A stretch of 20,000 bases of DNA from an uncultured virus (IMG/VR IMGVR_UViG_3300049491_000674). Its lineage: Duplodnaviria; Heunggongvirae; Uroviricota; Caudoviricetes. The stretch is taken from IMG/VR virus record IMGVR_UViG_3300049491_000674; one strand, given 5' to 3'. Positions 17,186 to 20,000 of this stretch are shown here, piece by piece; within the stretch, counting starts at the first letter, position 1, and every line of letters begins with the position of its first letter. Both the position numbers and the translations under genes were made by a program. The notes beneath the pieces were generated by a model that was given only the letters and a program-made list of their open reading frames with translations, did not search any database and was not told the origin of the DNA.

Positions 17186-17405
17186 CTAAGGAAGAGGCAA
17201 CTCCTCCTAGATCGTTGACAACTTGGCAGGACAAGACGAGCGCATCATCTCGCAAGAGATGTAGCAGCCGAAGCGTGATCGACCCTTTTAATAGGGGGCT
17301 CCAGCGGTCGGGTCTGTGGGTGTGGTGAGTCTCTCCTGTTCGTTTGTGGTGGGGGTACCTGAGGTGCTAGTTTGGATCTCGGGTACCCCCGCGTAGTTTT
17401 TTCAT

Positions 17406-17477
17406 TCAAGAGTAGCCAAGCGGCAAGGCAGTTGGCTGTTAACCAACCTATCGGGGGTTCGAATCCCTCCTCTTGAG
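17406..17477 (+). tRNA. tRNA-Asn(GTT)
   Basis: TCAAGAG/CTCTTGA; GTTGG-CTGTTAA-CCAAC. Confidence 0.92.
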
Positions 17478-17529
17478 CTGGGTTTGCTGGGTCCCTTTAA
17501 CGAGGACTAACTTGGCAACGCCCTTTCAT

Positions 17530-17601
17530 GTGTCCGAAGCTCAATGGTAGAGCACCAAGCCGTTAACTTGGGGCGAGAAGGTTCGATTCCTTCCGGATAC
17601 G
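17530..17601 (+). tRNA. tRNA-Asn(GTT), atypical (A8, C33)
   Basis: GTGTCCG/CGGATAC; CCAAG-CCGTTAA-CTTGG. Confidence 0.8.
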
Positions 17602-17655
17602 CTGATGCTGGGCTCTCTTCCCCAAACGGGTAGAGGAACTCAGTGTCTCAATTCT

Positions 17656-17728
17656 CCTGACTCCCGATTTGGGGACGTACGGCTTTCGCGAGACGTACGG
17701 TCTGGTTCAAGTCCAGTGGTCGGGGCCA
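17656..17728 (+). ncRNA. Atypical tRNA-like element, no assignable anticodon
   Basis: Acceptor CCTGACT/GGTCGGG plus G-CCA; T arm CTGG-TTCAAGT-CCAG; elongated central arm CGTACG...CGTACG. Confidence 0.55.
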
Positions 17729-17729
17729 T

Positions 17730-17802
17730 GCTGGTGATGCTCGTGTGGACGAGCGCCCGTTTCGTAAGCGGGACCAAGAGGGTTCGACTCCCTTCACCAG
17801 CT
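17730..17802 (+). tRNA. tRNA-Thr(CGT)
   Basis: GCTGGTG/CACCAGC; CCCGT-TTCGTAA-GCGGG. Confidence 0.88.
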
Positions 17803-17858
17803 CAACTTCGTTGCCTCCTCTCAGTGTATGATCATTGACAGTAGAGCGGCGTAGGATT

Positions 17859-17930
17859 GCGGGTGTCTGGTTGGTAGCCAGCGCTTTTCTGCCAAGAAAG
17901 ATGTGTGGGGTTCGATTCCCCTCACCCGCT
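17859..17930 (+). tRNA. tRNA-Gly(GCC)
   Basis: GCGGGTG/CACCCGC-T; CTTTT-CTGCCAA-GAAAG. Confidence 0.85.
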
Positions 17931-17931
17931 C

Positions 17932-18005
17932 CGCAGGGCAGCCGGGGACGGCGGCTCGGTCTCATAAGCCAAGCTAGCGGAGTTCAACTCTCCGGCCTGC
18001 AACCA
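17932..18005 (+). tRNA. tRNA(CAT), Met/fMet-like, C1:A72 mismatch
   Basis: Loop CTCATAA; T arm CGGAG-TTCAACT-CTCCG; ACCA end. Confidence 0.75.
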
Positions 18006-18025
18006 CGTTTCAGAGTAGTATCTTT

Positions 18026-18094
18026 ACGGATGAGGTCATGGCGGCCAATCGGTTTCCAAAACCGAAGGAGCGAGTTCGATTCTCGCCATCCGTG
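18026..18094 (+). tRNA. tRNA-Trp(CCA)
   Basis: ACGGATG/CATCCGT-G; TCGGT-TTCCAAA-ACCGA. Confidence 0.85.
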
Positions 18095-18095
18095 C

Positions 18096-18169
18096 TGCGG
18101 GATGGAGCAGTCTGGCAGCTCGGCAGCCTCATAAGCTGAAGGTCACAGGTTCAAATCCTGTTCCCGCTA
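18096..18169 (+). tRNA. Initiator-like tRNA-fMet(CAT)
   Basis: 1:72 mismatch, D arm GAGC-AGTCTGGCA-GCTC, loop CTCATAA, T loop TTCAAAT. Confidence 0.85.
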
Positions 18170-18171
18170 CT

Positions 18172-18231
18172 GAATCGAATGCTGATGGGAGTACACTGCC
18201 ATTGTAAACTCTCATCGACTCTTGTCGATTT
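18172..18231 (+). ncRNA. Y RNA-like ncRNA 1 (minimal, stem only)
   Basis: GAATCGA-ATGC-TGATGGGAG-TACAC ... CTCTCATCG-ACTC-TTG-TCGATTT; both stems pair. Confidence 0.65.
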
Positions 18232-18384
18232 TTAGTACTTCGGAAAGTCAACGTGAAGGATGCGGACGACGCAGTGACGCGGTCACGTGTAGACACGAAA
18301 CCGGGCGGGGAAACAGCTCGGGTCACCAACCCCATAAGCGGAAGGTGACTACAAACATCCCACCCTATATTTTGCCAGGGGCGC

Positions 18385-18413
18385 TTGACGTCACCGGTTT
18401 GGCTTGGTACTAT
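18385..18413 (+). promoter_or_regulatory. Sigma70-type promoter, leaderless start
   Basis: TTGACG-N17-TACTAT (TG-extended), then 6 nt to GTG 18420. Confidence 0.75.
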
Positions 18414-18419
18414 GCCAGG

Positions 18420-18997
18420 GTGGCTACGAAACGCGAGGCAGGTGCCATCGGATACCTGAAAGCAGCCCCTATCTGGAGCGAGCAAGACAGGCTCAACGGG
18501 AAGAGGCTCAACGAAGGTATCAAGAGTCCACCAAGAAGTGCCCTGAGTGTTCAAGTCCACTTTCATATGAGCAACGAAGGCACAAATTCTGTAGCCGACA
18601 TTGTGCTGCTACCGCAGGTAATCGATCCCGTGGAGATCAACGCCAAGGGCGGTGTGCAGATTGCTCTGCGACCGTGAGTGCCGAATTGAAGTTCTGCTCA
18701 TCCTGTCGATCCGTTCGCTCCTCATTGGAGTCTGTGAAGTCAGACCCCACTCGAAAGAAGATCCTCATCCAAGAGCGGGGGCATAAGTGTGAGTCGTGTT
18801 TTGGTACGGTGTGGCTGGGATCAGCAATTCCTTTGGAACTGGATCACATTGATGGCAACTCTGATCATAATGATCGAGCCAACCTTCGACTACTTTGTCC
18901 TAACTGCCACGCTCAGACAACTACATATAAGGGACGTAACAAAGGTAAGGCAGGTTCTCGTGGTTCTCATCGAAAACATTACGCCCCCATCGTCTAG
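18420..18997 (+). CDS. HNH endonuclease with probable -1 frameshift near the 5' end
   Basis: CPEC...KFCSRHC, CESC, LELDHIDGN and NLRLLCPNCHAQT. The promoter-defined GTG 18420 (MATKREAGAIGYLKAA) is out of frame with the body at about the C-run 18466-18469. The stop lies in tRNA-Glu. Confidence 0.85.
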
Positions 18998-19056
18998 AGG
19001 TAGGACGGCGGCTTTTCACGCCACTAACACGGGTTCGATTCCCGTTGGGGGTACCA
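18983..19056 (+). tRNA. tRNA-Glu(TTC)
   Basis: GCCCCCA/TGGGGGT; loop TTTTCAC; CCA end. Confidence 0.9.
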
Positions 19057-19062
19057 ATCAAT

Positions 19063-19135
19063 GCTGGAGTAGCTCAAATGGTAGAGCATCGGTCTGAAAA
19101 GCCGAGTGTAGTCGGTTCGATCCCGACCTCCAGCA
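19063..19135 (+). tRNA. tRNA-Phe(GAA)
   Basis: GCTGGAG/CTCCAGC; TCGGT-CTGAAAA-GCCGA. Confidence 0.93.
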
Positions 19136-19136
19136 C

Positions 19137-19273
19137 CGCGATGAATGCCTCGTAGGGATTACACCATATCAAGGTCGCTACCCAGGTTCGAATCCTGGCC
19201 CCCGCCTAATCTATGCGGGGGTCGTCTAGTGGTAGGACGCGAAAAAACGGTCTCTGCACTCTTTGTCGTCGCG
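19137..19273 (+). ncRNA. yrlA: YrlA-type Y RNA (Ro60/Rsr-binding stem plus permuted tRNA-like domain)
   Basis: Terminal stem GCGATGA/TCGTCGC. Inside, in order: T arm CCAGG-TTCGAAT-CCTGG (19182-19198), closed acceptor CCCCCGC/GCGGGGG (19199-19221), D arm GTCT-AGTGGTA-GGAC. Confidence 0.8.
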
Positions 19274-19308
19274 AATTCTTGGGCGGACCACCGGCCCCAA
19301 ACAGGTAT

Positions 19309-19382
19309 GTCCCCATCGTCTAGCTGGCCTAGGACAGCAGCCTCTCAAGTTGTAAACGCGGGTTCGACTCCCGCTGGGGACG
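19309..19382 (+). tRNA. tRNA-Glu(CTC)
   Basis: GTCCCCA/TGGGGAC; GCAGC-CTCTCAA-GTTGT. Confidence 0.9.
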
Positions 19383-19384
19383 CC

Positions 19385-19523
19385 GTAACGAATGCACTGA
19401 GGGATTACACTACCAAGGGCTTACAAGCCCGGAGCTTTGTGGGGGCAGATCCCACCCTGATTGGGTAACTAGTCAGGACCGGAATTTAGAAGGGCTCCAA
19501 TGTCTCTCACTTTTTGTCGTTAC
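19385..19523 (+). ncRNA. Y RNA-like ncRNA 3 (divergent module)
   Basis: GTAACGA-ATGC...TGAGGGAT-TACAC ... GTCTCTCA-CTTT-TTG-TCGTTAC. The module has GTGGG-N7-CCCAC and CCTGATTGG-GTAA-CTAGTCAGG hairpins. Confidence 0.7.
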
Positions 19524-19528
19524 TTCAT

Positions 19529-19603
19529 GCTCCCATCGACTACTGGCTAGGTTACCAGCTTCTCACGCTGGGGAAGGGGGATCGATACCCCCTGGGAGCA
19601 CCA
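19529..19603 (+). tRNA. tRNA-Glu(CTC), second copy
   Basis: GCTCCCA/TGGGAGC; CCAGC-TTCTCAC-GCTGG; atypical T loop ATCGATA; CCA end. Confidence 0.85.
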
Positions 19604-19666
19604 AAGCTGAATGCGTTCGAGTCTACATTTCTTGAAAAAATCGACCCGGACATCTTTTGTCAGCTT
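19604..19666 (+). ncRNA. Y RNA-like ncRNA 4 (minimal)
   Basis: AAGCTGA-ATGC-GTTCGAGTC-TACAT ... GACCCGGAC-ATCTT-TTG-TCAGCTT. Confidence 0.65.
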
Positions 19667-19679
19667 CTAAGTTCGATTC

Positions 19680-19754
19680 GGGTAGTGAGCTAGTGTGGTC
19701 ATTCAGCGGTCGGTTGAAGCCCGACAGAAAGGTGTTCGATTCACCTACTACCCG
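19680..19754 (+). tRNA. tRNA-Phe(GAA), second atypical copy
   Basis: GGGTAGT/ACTACCC-G; GTCGG-TTGAAGC-CCGAC. Confidence 0.75.
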
Positions 19755-19766
19755 CGAAGTACAGAC

Positions 19767-19849
19767 GCTCAGATGGCGGAATGGCAGACGCGCTGCACTC
19801 AGAATGCAGTGTCCTAAGTGATGTGGGGGTTCAAGTCCCCCTCTGAGCA
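19767..19849 (+). tRNA. tRNA-Leu(CAG)
   Basis: GCTCAGA/TCTGAGC; CTGCA-CTCAGAA-TGCAG; long variable arm. Confidence 0.92.
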
Positions 19850-19913
19850 CCGGGGTTACTCGTCCCCGCTGGATTGCCGTCCCGCAAGGGGCCAAGCACC
19901 AGAACGAGGTTCG

Positions 19914-19983
19914 TAGTCGTTGGTCAAATGGTATGGCGCCCCTGTTGAAGGGGGAGATACGGGTTCGATTCCCGTGGGACGCT
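19914..19983 (+). other. tRNA-like element with poor acceptor stem and 5-nt anticodon loop
   Basis: D arm GTCA-AATGGTA-TGGC, CCCCT-GTTGA-AGGGG, T arm ACGGG-TTCGATT-CCCGT. Near the window end. Confidence 0.45.
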
Positions 19984-20000
19984 CGGGTCCAGGTATCGAA

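Noticed and set aside
18270..18330. Hammerhead-like GAAAC...GTC arrangement
   Set aside because: The core reads GTGACGC rather than CTGANGA, which breaks the C3-G8 pair.
18172..19666. CRISPR-like interpretation of the repeated GAATGC/TTGTC motifs
   Set aside because: The copies are not identical direct repeats and are irregularly spaced. They conserve structure rather than sequence, and no cas genes are present.
17605..19895. ORFs called across the tRNA array (for example 17835-18134, 19145-19468, 19623-19895)
   Set aside because: They are translations of tRNA or ncRNA sequence.

Overview
This looks like a segment of a large (jumbo-type) bacteriophage genome. From left to right it holds: a Gly-rich virion fibre-like gene; a dCTP deaminase; many short hypothetical genes; a spermidine-synthase-fold methyltransferase; two tandem divergent sigma-factor-like genes; a GIY-YIG nuclease; an HEXXH protein; a split beta-class DNA methyltransferase; and, from about 16.3 kb to the window end, a dense tRNA array (17 recognisable tRNAs plus 2 atypical tRNA-like elements) with HNH endonuclease genes inserted. 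Four observations stand out. (1) Four Y-RNA-like ncRNAs sit in the tRNA array, sharing one Ro60/Rsr-type stem but carrying different modules; one is a clear YrlA-type permuted tRNA mimic. (2) A six-copy promoter motif, TTGATC-N15/16-CTAGT(A/G)-N5, precedes four leaderless genes, one sigma-like gene and a 138-nt 6S-like hairpin. (3) The HPTVK motif of the methyltransferase's second gene is interrupted by a 10-nt ACC-TAG...ACT gap with translational-bypass geometry. (4) Several endonuclease genes have their own promoters and are decaying by single-base frameshifts. All calls were made by eye; no searches or folding programs were run.
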